A stretch of DNA of 11,363 nucleotides from a bacterium (GCA_044869275.1 JBIOXB010000162.1:1-11363); one strand, 5' to 3'. Counted from the stretch's first letter, positions 1-8,890 are shown. The notes: a model not told the origin generated them from the letters alone. A program made the numbers and translations.

Positions 1-406
1 CTGAAGCACTATGGCATACAAGTGCTTCGATCACCTTATTGATTAAATCCATTTGCTCATCGGTTAGCCTGGAATAGCTTGGTGTTGTTGTTATAACCGG
101 TTTTTTTTGCAGCCTACCAAAGTAATCTTTCTCAAGGACTTGAAGTTTACCTTCATCTTGCAACTCTCTTCTGGCTTCGACCAGATGCTCTGGTACTTGC
201 CCATGATCTTTTCGGCGGTAGGTCTCATTGCTAATTGATTCACCCGTATGACCGTACCAAAAAAAATCGGAATAATGTAGAATTTTGTTGAGGTGAGTAG
301 AACCGAACGTGGGGTAATCTTGGCAGCGATGAGAAATGAACAAAATCATTTCCTTGAAAATATCCTTGTCGAATTCTCTGGTCGTGTTATCTGGTTTCGA
401 TTTCAT
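1..406 (-). CDS. Panacea domain (DUF4065 / SocA-like) antitoxin-family protein, 3'-partial (runs off the left edge)
   Basis: Not in the ORF track because it has no stop in the window. Manual translation from ATG 406 gives MKSKPDNTTREFDKDIFKEMILFISHRCQDYPTFGSTHLNKILHYSDFFWYGHTGESISNETYRRKDHGQVPEHLVEARRELQDEGKL...LTDEQMDLINKVIEALVCHSAS, open for 135 codons. It matches the DUF4065 pattern (LNKxLxYxDF..Y...G.SI....Y.....GPVP; here GQVP). SD GGAG at 415-418, 8 nt upstream. Confidence 0.85.
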   Translation of the reverse strand, partial: MKSKPDNTTREFDKDIFKEMILFISHRCQDYPTFGSTHLNKILHYSDFFWYGHTGESISNETYRRKDHGQVPEHLVEARRELQDEGKLQVLEKDYFGRLQKKPVITTTPSYSRLTDEQMDLINKVIEALVCHSAS

Positions 407-476
407 GATAGTTTCTCCGCATGCTCAACTAAAAAGGTAGGAGTGCCGAAAGTTGAGACTATTGCTGGTGTAAAAT

Positions 477-505
477 ATAATACGACTATAATTCAGAATT
501 GTCAA
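477..505 (-). promoter_or_regulatory. sigma70-type promoter for the Panacea-domain gene
   Basis: Minus strand TTGACA (505-500), 17 bp spacer, TATTAT (482-477), about 70 nt upstream of ATG 406. Confidence 0.65.
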
Positions 506-687
506 GAAAAAATGTACATAGTTCCACCCTGCTTATACTTGTTATACACAATAACTGATTCAGTTGCAGAAGTAGCGAAATCAATGGCTCAATCGAAGGC
601 TCTATGTCTGGCCGTGTGATCTTACTTGCCGAATCAAAAGAATCTCCTAAAAAGCACACTTTTGTACAGTGCCAAGCGGAATTACTC

Positions 688-716
688 TTGACTCTTGTCA
701 AACAAAGATTTACCTT
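688..716 (+). promoter_or_regulatory. possible sigma70-type promoter facing rightwards, overlapped by inverted repeats
   Basis: TTGACT (688-693), 17 bp spacer, TACCTT (711-716). The palindrome TTGAC-tctt-GTCAA (688-701) overlaps it. The context is AT-rich, so a chance match is possible. Confidence 0.3.
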
Positions 717-1154
717 ACTTTTTGACAGGACTGCAATATTTGAACTTTTATGAGATTACCACGGAAATACATATTGTACCACTCTATTTTGTATAAACTT
801 ATCGCCGTGAAATCTCTAACAACTCATGCACCCGAATAGAATAAAAATTTCCATCATGATCTGGTGTCCACCTGGACATGGCCATTCTTATGAAGAAATT
901 GGAATTACCCGCCTTCCGCCCACTTCCAAGCCCTTTCAAGCCAGATCGAAGTGACAAACCACCTTCCGCATTGTACAACGCTGTCATTGACGTGGCTTTA
1001 CAGCTTGCGTCACAAGGCGACGAACCAATAGCACGTTGACAAATAAGGAAATGAAAGACTACTGATGCTCCGCATGGTTGTTGGACAAATCGCTCTCAGG
1101 CTTGGCACAACCGGCAAATATCCGCTCAATGACTTCTTTTAGCTGGAGGTCAAT

Positions 1155-2561
1155 TTGACGAAGTACTCAACAGTTCCCGTATTGGAAAAGGATTCCTTGC
1201 GCTTTCTCCGCGCCGCGCTCGACCGGCTCGAAGCAGGGTTCGATGCACTGCCCTCGATCACCGCTTCGCTGCCAGACGCAAAAAAAGTCGAGAAGATACT
1301 TTTCGAAGTCGCCGAACGCCTGCACGACAACTATCCTTATTTCCATCCGCTCTATGCTGGTCAGATGCTCAAACCGCCCCATCCGGTCGCGCGCTTGGCC
1401 TATGCGCTGGCAATGTGGATCAATCCCAACAATCATGCGCTCGATGGCGGGCGGGCCAGCTCGGAAATGGAAAAAGAAGCAGTGGCTGAGCTGGCGCGCA
1501 TGTTGGGCTGGGAAACTCATCTCGGACATTTGTGCGGCGGCGGCACCATGGCCAATCTCGAAGCCTTATGGGTTGCGGGACAGCTTCATCCCGGCAAAAA
1601 AGTGGTGGCCTCGCAGCAAGCGCACTATACGCACAAACGCATCAGCAGTGTGCTGGGATTGAATTTTGAAGCAATCCCCTGTGACCGAAACGGCAGGATG
1701 GAGATGGAAGCATTGCAGCAGAGACTGGAGCAAGGCAGCATCGGCACGGTGGTGGCCACTATCGGAACCACGGCGACTGGATCGGTTGATCCTTTGCCGC
1801 AATTGCTTTCATTGCGCGAGCGCTACGGCTTTCGTTTGCATGCAGATGCCGCCTATGGCGGCTATTTCGGTTTGGCCGGCAACTTGGCAATCGAAACGCG
1901 CCAAGCATATGACCGCTTGCACGAAGCCGATTCCATCGTCATCGATCCGCACAAGCATGGACTTCAACCTTATGGCTGCGGCTGCGTGCTTTTCCGCGAC
2001 CCCGCGATAGGGCGGTTGTATAAACACGATTCGCCCTACACTTATTTTAGCTCGACTGCACTGCATCTGGGTGAGATCAGCCTCGAATGCTCACGTCCTG
2101 GCGCCGCTGCCGTGGGGCTGTGGGCGACGCAAAAACTATTGCCGCTGGTGAAAGGCGATGAGTTCGCGCGCATGCTGAGCAACGGCCGGGTGGCTGCGCT
2201 GGCTTTATACGAAAAGCTGTGTGCGGACCACCGCTTCCTTCCGGCGTTTACTCCGGAGCTGGACATCGTGATTTGGATCCCGCGTGCCGTTCGCGTGAGT
2301 GCAGCTTCGGAGCTCGCGCGCCAGATTTTCGCGGAAGTGGCACGCCATCAGCTCCACCTGGCGCTGGCCGAGCTGCCGGTTGAATTTTTTGACCTCACAA
2401 GCGCTTCGATGGAACGCGACCGCGACACGGTAACTTGCTTGCGTTCGGTCCTGATGAAGCCGGAGCATTGCGAGTGGGTAGATCGGATCTGGACAATTTT
2501 AGATCAAGCCACGAGCGCAGTCCTGCAGCGACCCTCGCGCAGCCAGATCCTGACGAGATAA
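1155..2561 (+). CDS. Group II PLP-dependent amino-acid decarboxylase (GAD/DDC/MfnA-like superfamily), substrate unknown
   Basis: 468 aa ORF. Motifs [34 protein letters not shown] and [10 protein letters not shown] (PLP-binding Lys). SD GGAGGT at 1145-1150 precedes TTG 1155; TTG 1182 is an alternative start. Confidence 0.92.
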   Translation: MTKYSTVPVLEKDSLRFLRAALDRLEAGFDALPSITASLPDAKKVEKILFEVAERLHDNYPYFHPLYAGQMLKPPHPVARLAYALAMWINPNNHALDGGRASSEMEKEAVAELARMLGWETHLGHLCGGGTMANLEALWVAGQLHPGKKVVASQQAHYTHKRISSVLGLNFEAIPCDRNGRMEMEALQQRLEQGSIGTVVATIGTTATGSVDPLPQLLSLRERYGFRLHADAAYGGYFGLAGNLAIETRQAYDRLHEADSIVIDPHKHGLQPYGCGCVLFRDPAIGRLYKHDSPYTYFSSTALHLGEISLECSRPGAAAVGLWATQKLLPLVKGDEFARMLSNGRVAALALYEKLCADHRFLPAFTPELDIVIWIPRAVRVSAASELARQIFAEVARHQLHLALAELPVEFFDLTSASMERDRDTVTCLRSVLMKPEHCEWVDRIWTILDQATSAVLQRPSRSQILTR

Positions 2562-2623
2562 CCGCCGCCGATTTCGCACAGGCCGGCCAAGATGAATAGG
2601 GAGATGGATTGCGCGATGTTCAT
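2504..2623 (-). pseudogene. ynfA: truncated YnfA (UPF0060) family small membrane protein
   Basis: ATG 2623 is 10 nt after the czcA stop and gives [39 protein letters not shown]. The first 32 aa match the YnfA N-terminus ([23 protein letters not shown]). Conserved Trp appears as Arg (AGG), and the ORF ends at 39 aa versus about 110 aa for the family. Confidence 0.85.
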
Positions 2624-2633
2624 TCCTTTTCTC

Positions 2634-5600
2634 TCATTCCGAGGAATCCCTGCTCGAGCGGCCTTGTGCCCAGGCCAGATACACCGCCGGCAAAACCACC
2701 AAAGTCAAAAGCGTGGAAGTGATGACGCCGAATACAACGACGGTAGCCAGCGGGCGCTGCACTTCCGCGCCGACGCCGGTGGAAATCGCCATCGGCACAA
2801 AACCGGCGGCGTCGGTAATGGCCGTCGCCAACACCGGGCGCAGACGTTGTTTCGCTGCGGATATAACGGCTTCCGCCAACGGCAACCCTTCGTCGAGAAA
2901 ATTACGAATGGCCGCGACAAGCACTTGGCCGTTCAACACCGCGATGCCGCTGAGCGCGATAAATCCGACTGCCGCGCTGACACTGAAAGGCATGCCCCGA
3001 ACCCAAAGCGCCAAAACGCCGCCGATGGCAGCCAGCGGAATGCCGGTATAAATGATGAGCACATCGCGCAGGCTGCGCAAACTCAGGTAAAGCAGAAAAA
3101 AGATGAGCGCCAGCGTCAACGGCACCACGATCATGAAGCGCTGCTGTGAGCGAATGAGATGCTCGAACTGGCCGCCCCACTCTATGACGTAACCTTCCGG
3201 CAGATTCACTTCTTTTTCGAGGCGCGCCTGCGCTTCGGCGACAAAAGACGCCACGTCGCGGCTTCGGACGTTGCATTGCACTTTGATCAACCGCCGGCCC
3301 CATTCGCGATTGATCGTGGACGGCCCTTCAGTCTCTTTGAGCTCTGCCAACATTCGCAGCGGCAGAATCGTGCCATTTTCTGCGGGGATGAGCGTGTTGG
3401 CCAATGCTTCCGGGTCGGTGCGCTGTTCCTCCGGCAACCGCACCGCGAGCGGAAATCGTCTTTGCCCCTCGAAAACTTCGCCGGCGCGACGCACGCCCAC
3501 GGCTTCGATCACGTCAAGAACGTTGCGCGCTGGTATGCCATACCGCGCGATTTGATTTTGATTCACGACGATCTGCAAAGTTGGCTGGCCGGTGATTTGT
3601 TCGCCGGAAACTTCGGCAGCGCCGGGAATGGTCAATAGAATTTTCTGGATGGCATCGCTCAAACGCACCAGCTCGTCGAAGTCATCGCCAAAAATTTTGA
3701 TGCCCACGTCCGAGCGAATTCCGGCGACCATTTCGTTCATGCGCATCTCGATAGGCTGCGTGAAAACCATGTTGAGACCGGGCAAATCATCCACCACCTT
3801 GGTCATTTTCTGCACCAGCTCGACTTGCGAGCTGGCGCGCTGCCATTTCTCTCGCGGATGGAGCGCAATAAATATATCGGTGAGCTCGGTGCCCATCGGA
3901 TCGGTGGTGACTTCGGCGGTGCCGATGCGGCTCCAAATATGTTTGATCTCGTCGGGAAAATTTTCCAACAGCAATTTTTCGATGCGGGAATTATAGGCCA
4001 CGGATTCATCGATATCCACACCGGCCAAACGAATCGTATTGATGACGAGGGCACCTTCGCTGAGCTTGGGCACAAACTCTCCGCCGAGACGGAAGCCGGC
4101 GAACACGGCTGTCGCCAGTAACAGCGCCACCGCCCCGAGCACGGCCTGTTTGCTGCGCATGATTTTGGCAAGCAGCCAGGCGTAACCGGCGCGCAAAGAG
4201 GCCATGCCGATGAGCTCTTTTTCTTGCGCCTGGCGCGGGAGATAAAAATACGAAATGAGCGGATTGAGCGTGAGGGCGACGACCAGGGCGCCCAACGTCG
4301 CGAAGATGAAGGTCCACGCCATGGGCCGGAACATCTTGCCCTCGATTCCTTCCAATGTTAGAATCGGAAAGAACACGATCAGAATGATGCCCATGCCGAA
4401 TACGATGGGCCGCGCCACTTCCTTGCTGGAGCTCAGAATGGTGGCGAGGCGTTCGGCCTTGGTCAGCGGCCTTCCCAGCGTTTTTTGTTGTTCGGCCAAT
4501 TGGCGCATGTTGTTTTCGGTCATCACCACCGAGCCATCGATGACCACGCCAAAGTCGACGGCGCCGAGACTCAGGAGGCTGGCCGCGATCGCCAGCTCGT
4601 ACATGCCCAGAAAGGCGGAGAGCATGGCCAGTGGCATCGTGAGCGCGACGATCAGACCGGCGCGCAGATTGCCGAGCAGATAAAGCAGCACGATCATCAC
4701 CAGGATCGCGCCGACGATCAGGTTGTGCTTTACGGTGGAGATCACTTCCTGCACGAGCTCGATGCGGTCGTAGACGATTTCGAGGACGACATCGTCCGGC
4801 AGAGATTTGCGAATGGCGTGCAAGCGTTCCCGCAATTTTTCGGTGACCTCTTTGCTGTTTTCGCCCATCAGCATGAAGCCCAAGCCGAGCACGACTTCGC
4901 CCTGGCCTTGCGCCGTCACCGCGCCTCGCCGAATCTCGTGCCCCACTGCGACGGTGGCGACTTCGTGAATGTGAACCGGCACACCCTGATGCGCTTTAAT
5001 CACGATGTTTTCGATTTGCGCGAGGTTGTTGACGCGCCCCAGGCCGTGAACTAAAAGCGCTTCGCCGGAAGCGACCACTTGCCCGCCGCCAACGTTGTGG
5101 TTGTTCTGCTCCAGCGCCTCGAACACCTCGCCGAACGTGAGATGATACTTCACCAATTTTTCCGGCTCGACAATGACGTGGTACTGGCGCTCGAAGCCGC
5201 CCCACGAATTGATCTCGGCCACGCCCGCCACTTTGCGCAGCTCGGGCTTGATCACCCAATCGTGGATCGTGCGCAGCTCGTCGAGGGTGCGATTCAGATT
5301 CTCGGAGCGAACGAGATAATGAAAAACTTCTCCGAGTCCGGTAGAGATCGGCCCCAGTTGCGGTCGTTCGATGCCTTCCGGCAGCTCAACGCTTCCCAGC
5401 CGCTCCAAAATGAGCTGGCGCGCGTCGTAGATATGCGTGTCGTCGTCAAACGTCGCGACAATTTGAGAGAAGCCGAATTTGGAAACGGAGCGCACGTTGG
5501 TGAGGCCGGGCAATCCGGAGATGGCCAATTCCACCGGCAGGGTAATCTGTTGCTCGATTTCTGCGGGATTGAGCGCCGGCGCATTGGTGTTGATTTGCAC

Positions 5601-5738
5601 TTGCACTGGCGTGGTGTCGGGAAACGCATCCACCGCAGTCAGCAACATCGCGCGAATGCCCGCGCCCACACCAACCACGAGCAGGATGATGACAACCAAT
5701 TTGTTCTTGAGAGAAAAATCGATGATTTTATCGAGCAT
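2634..5738 (-). CDS. czcA: CusA/CzcA family heavy-metal efflux RND transporter (CzcA/HME divalent-cation type)
   Basis: 1034 aa. N-terminal [17 protein letters not shown]4 motif [18 protein letters not shown] (DFG..D, CzcA-like rather than CusA-like), C-terminal RLRPVLAT and [19 protein letters not shown] at 5750-5746. Confidence 0.96.
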   Translation of the reverse strand: MLDKIIDFSLKNKLVVIILLVVGVGAGIRAMLLTAVDAFPDTTPVQVQINTNAPALNPAEIEQQITLPVELAISGLPGLTNVRSVSKFGFSQIVATFDDDTHIYDARQLILERLGSVELPEGIERPQLGPISTGLGEVFHYLVRSENLNRTLDELRTIHDWVIKPELRKVAGVAEINSWGGFERQYHVIVEPEKLVKYHLTFGEVFEALEQNNHNVGGGQVVASGEALLVHGLGRVNNLAQIENIVIKAHQGVPVHIHEVATVAVGHEIRRGAVTAQGQGEVVLGLGFMLMGENSKEVTEKLRERLHAIRKSLPDDVVLEIVYDRIELVQEVISTVKHNLIVGAILVMIVLLYLLGNLRAGLIVALTMPLAMLSAFLGMYELAIAASLLSLGAVDFGVVIDGSVVMTENNMRQLAEQQKTLGRPLTKAERLATILSSSKEVARPIVFGMGIILIVFFPILTLEGIEGKMFRPMAWTFIFATLGALVVALTLNPLISYFYLPRQAQEKELIGMASLRAGYAWLLAKIMRSKQAVLGAVALLLATAVFAGFRLGGEFVPKLSEGALVINTIRLAGVDIDESVAYNSRIEKLLLENFPDEIKHIWSRIGTAEVTTDPMGTELTDIFIALHPREKWQRASSQVELVQKMTKVVDDLPGLNMVFTQPIEMRMNEMVAGIRSDVGIKIFGDDFDELVRLSDAIQKILLTIPGAAEVSGEQITGQPTLQIVVNQNQIARYGIPARNVLDVIEAVGVRRAGEVFEGQRRFPLAVRLPEEQRTDPEALANTLIPAENGTILPLRMLAELKETEGPSTINREWGRRLIKVQCNVRSRDVASFVAEAQARLEKEVNLPEGYVIEWGGQFEHLIRSQQRFMIVVPLTLALIFFLLYLSLRSLRDVLIIYTGIPLAAIGGVLALWVRGMPFSVSAAVGFIALSGIAVLNGQVLVAAIRNFLDEGLPLAEAVISAAKQRLRPVLATAITDAAGFVPMAISTGVGAEVQRPLATVVVFGVITSTLLTLVVLPAVYLAWAQGRSSRDSSE

Positions 5739-5750
5739 CGTTCATTCCTT

Positions 5751-5846
5751 AAAAAGCAAAAGCTGTTGGACACAAAAATGAACTCGCAAAAAATTAGTTA
5801 TTTTCTAAAAAGTTCATTTTGAATGCATTCGATTTTGTGTCCAGAA
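5751..5846. repeat. intergenic palindromic (REP-like) element, copy C
   Basis: Outer arms TGGACACAAAA (5767-5777) / TTTTGTGTCCA (5833-5843). Inner arms AAAATGAACT (5775-5784) / AGTTCATTTT (5811-5820). Perfect palindrome GAATGCATTC (5821-5830). A-tract at 5751-5761 (U-tract on the mRNA). Colinear similarity to 8911-8981. Confidence 0.75.
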
Positions 5847-5852
5847 TTTTTT

Positions 5853-7580
5853 TCATTCATCCACGCAGCCAGCCCCAAGACGAGCCTTAAGAAATTCCGA
5901 TTTGATCGTAAAGCTATGCGCGACGACCACCTGATCTTCCGGCAGAAGTCCGGCCAGAATCTCGACCAGTGTTCCATTTCTGCCCCCCAAATCCACCCGC
6001 CGCACCTCAAAAAGATCCTCGGCCACTTTGGTGAAAACAAACGGCTTGCGATCGAAACGGTGCAGCGATTCTGTGGGCACGTATAAACCGCTGACCGATC
6101 GTTTGGACTCGACTCGCACTTGTCCGAACATGCCATGTTTGAGCCGAGCTCCGGGATTCGGAACGACGGCGCGCGCTTTCAACATGCGCGTTTGCTCGTC
6201 AATGCCAGCAGCCAGCCAGGTCAAGCGGCCCCGAATGCGCGCCTCCGGCAGAACCTCGAAAGTCGCTGCGATGGGATCGCCAACGGACATCAGCATCACG
6301 CGATCCTCGGGGATCGAAAGCTCCAGCCACATCGACGAAAGGTCGGCCAACGTGAACACGATAGCGCCGGGCGCCACGGTCTCGCCGGCCACAGCGTCGC
6401 GGTCGATCAAAGTTCCGGAGAATGGCGCGAGCACTCGCACCGTAGAAGAAGTCGAGCGGGTTTCAACAACGCTGGCGATTTCTTCATTGGTAAAGCCGTA
6501 ATTGAGCAGCTGTTGATGCGCGGCGGCAGCGGTGTTTTTCGCCAGCTCATGTTCCGCGCGCGCCTGTTCGAAGTCTTGTTGCGACGCAATCTTCTCCTCC
6601 AGCAATCCTTTCTTGCGCTTGAAAACAGTTTCCTTCAACGCTTCATTGGCGAGCGCAATCAAATACTCGCTCTTGGCCTTGGCAATCTCCGGCGAGGCGA
6701 TCTCGAGCAGCGCCTGCTTTTTGGCTACGGCGTCCCCGACATCCACCAGCACGCGCTGAACCACTCCCGTGGCCAGCGGCGTGATTCGCGCGAATTGATT
6801 TTGATTGTACGTCACCCGGCACAAGAAAGTCAGATTGGAAAGCGGTTTGCCCGAGACCGGCTTGGCGAGCTGAACGCCGGCTTTGGCCGTCGATTGCGGC
6901 GACTCGAAACGAATCTTCAACCCCTGTCCGGGTTGGAGTGTGCCCGCCAAATCCGGATGGCATATCCCGCACTCCTTTTCGAGCACGCCATGTTCATCGC
7001 ATTGCAGGCCGTTCGCAGCGAAGGGTTTGCTCTCCAACTTGCCGTTGCCGGCAGCACGTTGCGAGTCCGGCGCTGCTTTCGACTTTTTCAATTCAGGATG
7101 GCAAAAGATGCATTCGTCTTCGTAGAGATTGTGCTCGGCACACCAGAGACGATTTGCCTCCTTGAGCTCTGGGTGACAGATGAAACAGCGATCTTCGTAA
7201 CGATCGTGCTCTTCGCACCAAAGCCGTCCCGCCTCGCGCAGCTTGGGGTCACACATAAAGCAATCGGCGACGGGAAGCTGGTGTCGCGCGCAAAGCTCGG
7301 TCTGTACTGCAACCTTGCTTTCTGTTTTTTCGGGTGGCTTCTTGTCACAAGAGATGAAAATGGCGGCAGCCAAAAGAGCCGTCATGACACGGGAAATTAA
7401 GCGATTCAAAGTGTAATCGTTGCAAAAAAAATAAAAACTTTCACGCAAAGACGCAGAGCCGCAAAGGGACCGCAAAGAAAAGCTTTGCGAGGTCTTTGCG
7501 TCTTCGCGGCTTTGCGTGAGGCTTCTTTCTTTTTGGCTCCCGCGCGTCCGGGCTAGGATGAAGAAGTTTCTTTTTTGCAT
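5853..7580 (-). CDS. czcB: efflux RND periplasmic adaptor (CzcB/CusB-type membrane fusion lipoprotein) with N-terminal Cys/His repeats; start uncertain (7580, 7409 or 7385)
   Basis: MFP hallmarks ITPLATGVVQRVLVDVGDAV, APFSGTL, LADLSSMWL, IDEQTRMLKAR and LKHGMF. It lies between a TolC-family gene and czcA. Lipoprotein signal MTALLAAAIFIS-C (Cys codon 7349-7347). SD AAGGA lies 8 nt before ATG 7580, and no clear SD precedes the downstream starts. Confidence 0.92.
   Translation of the reverse strand: MQKRNFFILARTRGSQKERSLTQSREDAKTSQSFSLRSLCGSASLRESFYFFCNDYTLNRLISRVMTALLAAAIFISCDKKPPEKTESKVAVQTELCARHQLPVADCFMCDPKLREAGRLWCEEHDRYEDRCFICHPELKEANRLWCAEHNLYEDECIFCHPELKKSKAAPDSQRAAGNGKLESKPFAANGLQCDEHGVLEKECGICHPDLAGTLQPGQGLKIRFESPQSTAKAGVQLAKPVSGKPLSNLTFLCRVTYNQNQFARITPLATGVVQRVLVDVGDAVAKKQALLEIASPEIAKAKSEYLIALANEALKETVFKRKKGLLEEKIASQQDFEQARAEHELAKNTAAAAHQQLLNYGFTNEEIASVVETRSTSSTVRVLAPFSGTLIDRDAVAGETVAPGAIVFTLADLSSMWLELSIPEDRVMLMSVGDPIAATFEVLPEARIRGRLTWLAAGIDEQTRMLKARAVVPNPGARLKHGMFGQVRVESKRSVSGLYVPTESLHRFDRKPFVFTKVAEDLFEVRRVDLGGRNGTLVEILAGLLPEDQVVVAHSFTIKSEFLKARLGAGCVDE
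6948..7295 (-). repeat. four intragenic Cys/His-rich peptide repeats (C-x2-H-x6-C-x2-C-[H/D]-P-x-L)
   Basis: LCARHQLPVADCFMCDPKL, WCEEHDRYEDRCFICHPEL, WCAEHNLYEDECIFCHPEL and QCDEHGVLEKECGICHPDL. The first three have an exact 25-aa period. Confidence 0.92.
7404..7442. repeat. about 39-bp A-tract-containing dispersed repeat shared with 8891-8927
   Basis: att-caaagtgtaatcgttgcaaaaaaaataaaaactttc versus attacaaa-tgcaatctttgcaaaaaa--caaaaactttc. Each copy abuts a palindrome. Confidence 0.75.
7441..7519. repeat. 79-bp imperfect palindrome built from CGCAAAG heptamers (REP-like), copy A
   Basis: 37-bp arms at 7441-7477 and 7483-7519 with a 5-nt loop. Each arm has four CGCAAAG-like units at identical 1/1/4-nt spacing. 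29 of 37 positions are complementary by manual count, and the terminal TCACGCAAAG/CTTTGCGTGA pairing is perfect. Confidence 0.85.
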
Positions 7581-7609
7581 GGTTCGATTCCTTCATGGTT
7601 CGTTATGAT

Positions 7610-8869
7610 TTATCGTATAATCGTGACACCGCCGGCGTTTTCAAGCGCCGCTAAAGCGGCATAATAATTTGCCAGCGCCTCGATGTAGCCTTGGCTTACT
7701 TCGATGAGCGTTCGTTGCGCTTCGAGCAACTGCAGATAGCCTGCCTCACCAGTTTCGTAGCTGCGCAGCGCAATGCGATAAACTTCGTTCGCCTGATCAA
7801 GCAAGCCGGTGTCGTAGCTTTCCGCCTGCCGTCGAGTTGCTTCGAAGGCCGCAAAGGCGCTTTCAATTGCGGCCAGCAACTGCAGCTCGGTGTTGGCGCG
7901 TTGATTTTCTTGCGAAGCCAGCAACGCCGAGGCCTCCTGAATTTCACCCCGTTGTCGAAAAGCAAACCAGAGCGGCACTTTCAACCCGATGGCCGCACCA
8001 TAAAAATTGGGATTGCCGCCGATGCTGTGTCGAAACGCCGTGACCTCCACCGCCGGCAGCAGACTGCCCCAGGCAAGATTGCGCAAATGGCTCGCCGCGC
8101 CCACCAGCGCATTCGCCTCGCGCAGGCGGGGGTGCTGCACCAGCGCCTGCTGTTTGAGGGCAGAGAGCGAGAGGTCGAATTGCTGATATCGCAGAGAATC
8201 CGTTGCTAAAACATCCTGCTCGGGATTGCGGCCCAGAACCGTGTTGAGCTGGGCCTGCGCCGCGATATATGCACTTTCAAAATTGCGCAGCTCGATCTGC
8301 GCTTGCGCCAGCTCAACCCGCGCCCGCACGAACTCGATTGCCGGGGCCTCGCCGGCACGGCGGCGGATTTCGGCTTTGTCAAGAAATTCCTGCGCCAGCT
8401 CTACGCGCTCTTTTGACAACGCCAACCCGCGCCGGCTTGCGAGAAACTGGGTGTAGGCCGCAATCGCCGCCGCGCGGATTTCCAGCTTGCCTTGCTCGTA
8501 GCGCATCGCCGTCGCCTCCACTTCACGGCCGGCGAAACGACTGCGCCAAAAAATGTTGGTAGGAAACTCGATCTCCTGAGTCAGAGCCAATTTACGCTCG
8601 TCAAATTGTCCCAGACCGGCTCCGCGTGGCACGCCTTCCCATTCGACGGAAAAAACCGGATCGGTGAGCCACCACGTCGTCCACGCCCGCCCCTTGGCAG
8701 CGGTCATTTGATGGCGCAGCCCGACAAGCTGTGGGTTGTTTTCTTGCGCGAGGGCAATCGCAGCGTGCAGGGAAAAATCGGCGCTGTTTTGCGCAACACT
8801 GCTTGCCGGCACAGCGAATAGTGATAATGCCACGAGTGCTCGCGATGCGATCCGATGGATTCGTATCAC
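7610..8869 (-). CDS. czcC: TolC family outer-membrane efflux protein (CzcC-like)
   Basis: 419 aa with a Sec signal peptide (..PASSVA/Q). OEP repeats AIALAQENNPQL, ALVQHPRL and YETGEAGYLQLLEAQRTL. GTG start with SD AGGAG at 8884-8880. First structural gene of the CBA cluster. Confidence 0.93.
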   Translation of the reverse strand: MIRIHRIASRALVALSLFAVPASSVAQNSADFSLHAAIALAQENNPQLVGLRHQMTAAKGRAWTTWWLTDPVFSVEWEGVPRGAGLGQFDERKLALTQEIEFPTNIFWRSRFAGREVEATAMRYEQGKLEIRAAAIAAYTQFLASRRGLALSKERVELAQEFLDKAEIRRRAGEAPAIEFVRARVELAQAQIELRNFESAYIAAQAQLNTVLGRNPEQDVLATDSLRYQQFDLSLSALKQQALVQHPRLREANALVGAASHLRNLAWGSLLPAVEVTAFRHSIGGNPNFYGAAIGLKVPLWFAFRQRGEIQEASALLASQENQRANTELQLLAAIESAFAAFEATRRQAESYDTGLLDQANEVYRIALRSYETGEAGYLQLLEAQRTLIEVSQGYIEALANYYAALAALENAGGVTIIR

Positions 8870-8890
8870 TTGAGGGGATCTCCTGAGGCT

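Noticed and set aside
293..619. + strand 108-aa ORF
   Set aside because: It is antisense to the Panacea gene 5' end and its promoter, with no SD or recognisable motif.
486..1039. Short ORFs (-486-701, +604-753, -799-987, +878-1039) as genes or as the toxin partner
   Set aside because: None has a recognisable family or convincing SD, and they lie at or upstream of the Panacea promoter, so they would not be co-transcribed from it.
1085..1140. CTCTCAGG resembling the glycine riboswitch 3' motif upstream of the decarboxylase
   Set aside because: The required upstream GGAGA and CCGAAG elements are absent.
2634..5738. Assignment as CusA (Cu/Ag) rather than CzcA
   Set aside because: TM4 has the DFG-x3-DG-x5-EN signature of divalent-cation HME pumps. 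The exact metal cannot be determined from sequence.
7085..7295. 75-bp periodicity as a CRISPR array or DNA tandem repeat
   Set aside because: Conservation is at the amino-acid level with divergent codons, and there are no identical repeats with unique spacers.
7578..7602. CATGGTTCG direct repeat, with GGTTCGATTCC resembling a tRNA T-loop
   Set aside because: No cloverleaf or acceptor stem can be built. It overlaps the czcB SD and start, and the second ATG (7596) opens only a 51-aa out-of-frame ORF.
2592..8821. Numerous long + strand and alternate-frame ORFs (e.g. 6120-7400, 5079-5822, 4485-5054, 2592-3149)
   Set aside because: They are shadow ORFs of the GC-rich czcCBA genes and have no independent motifs.
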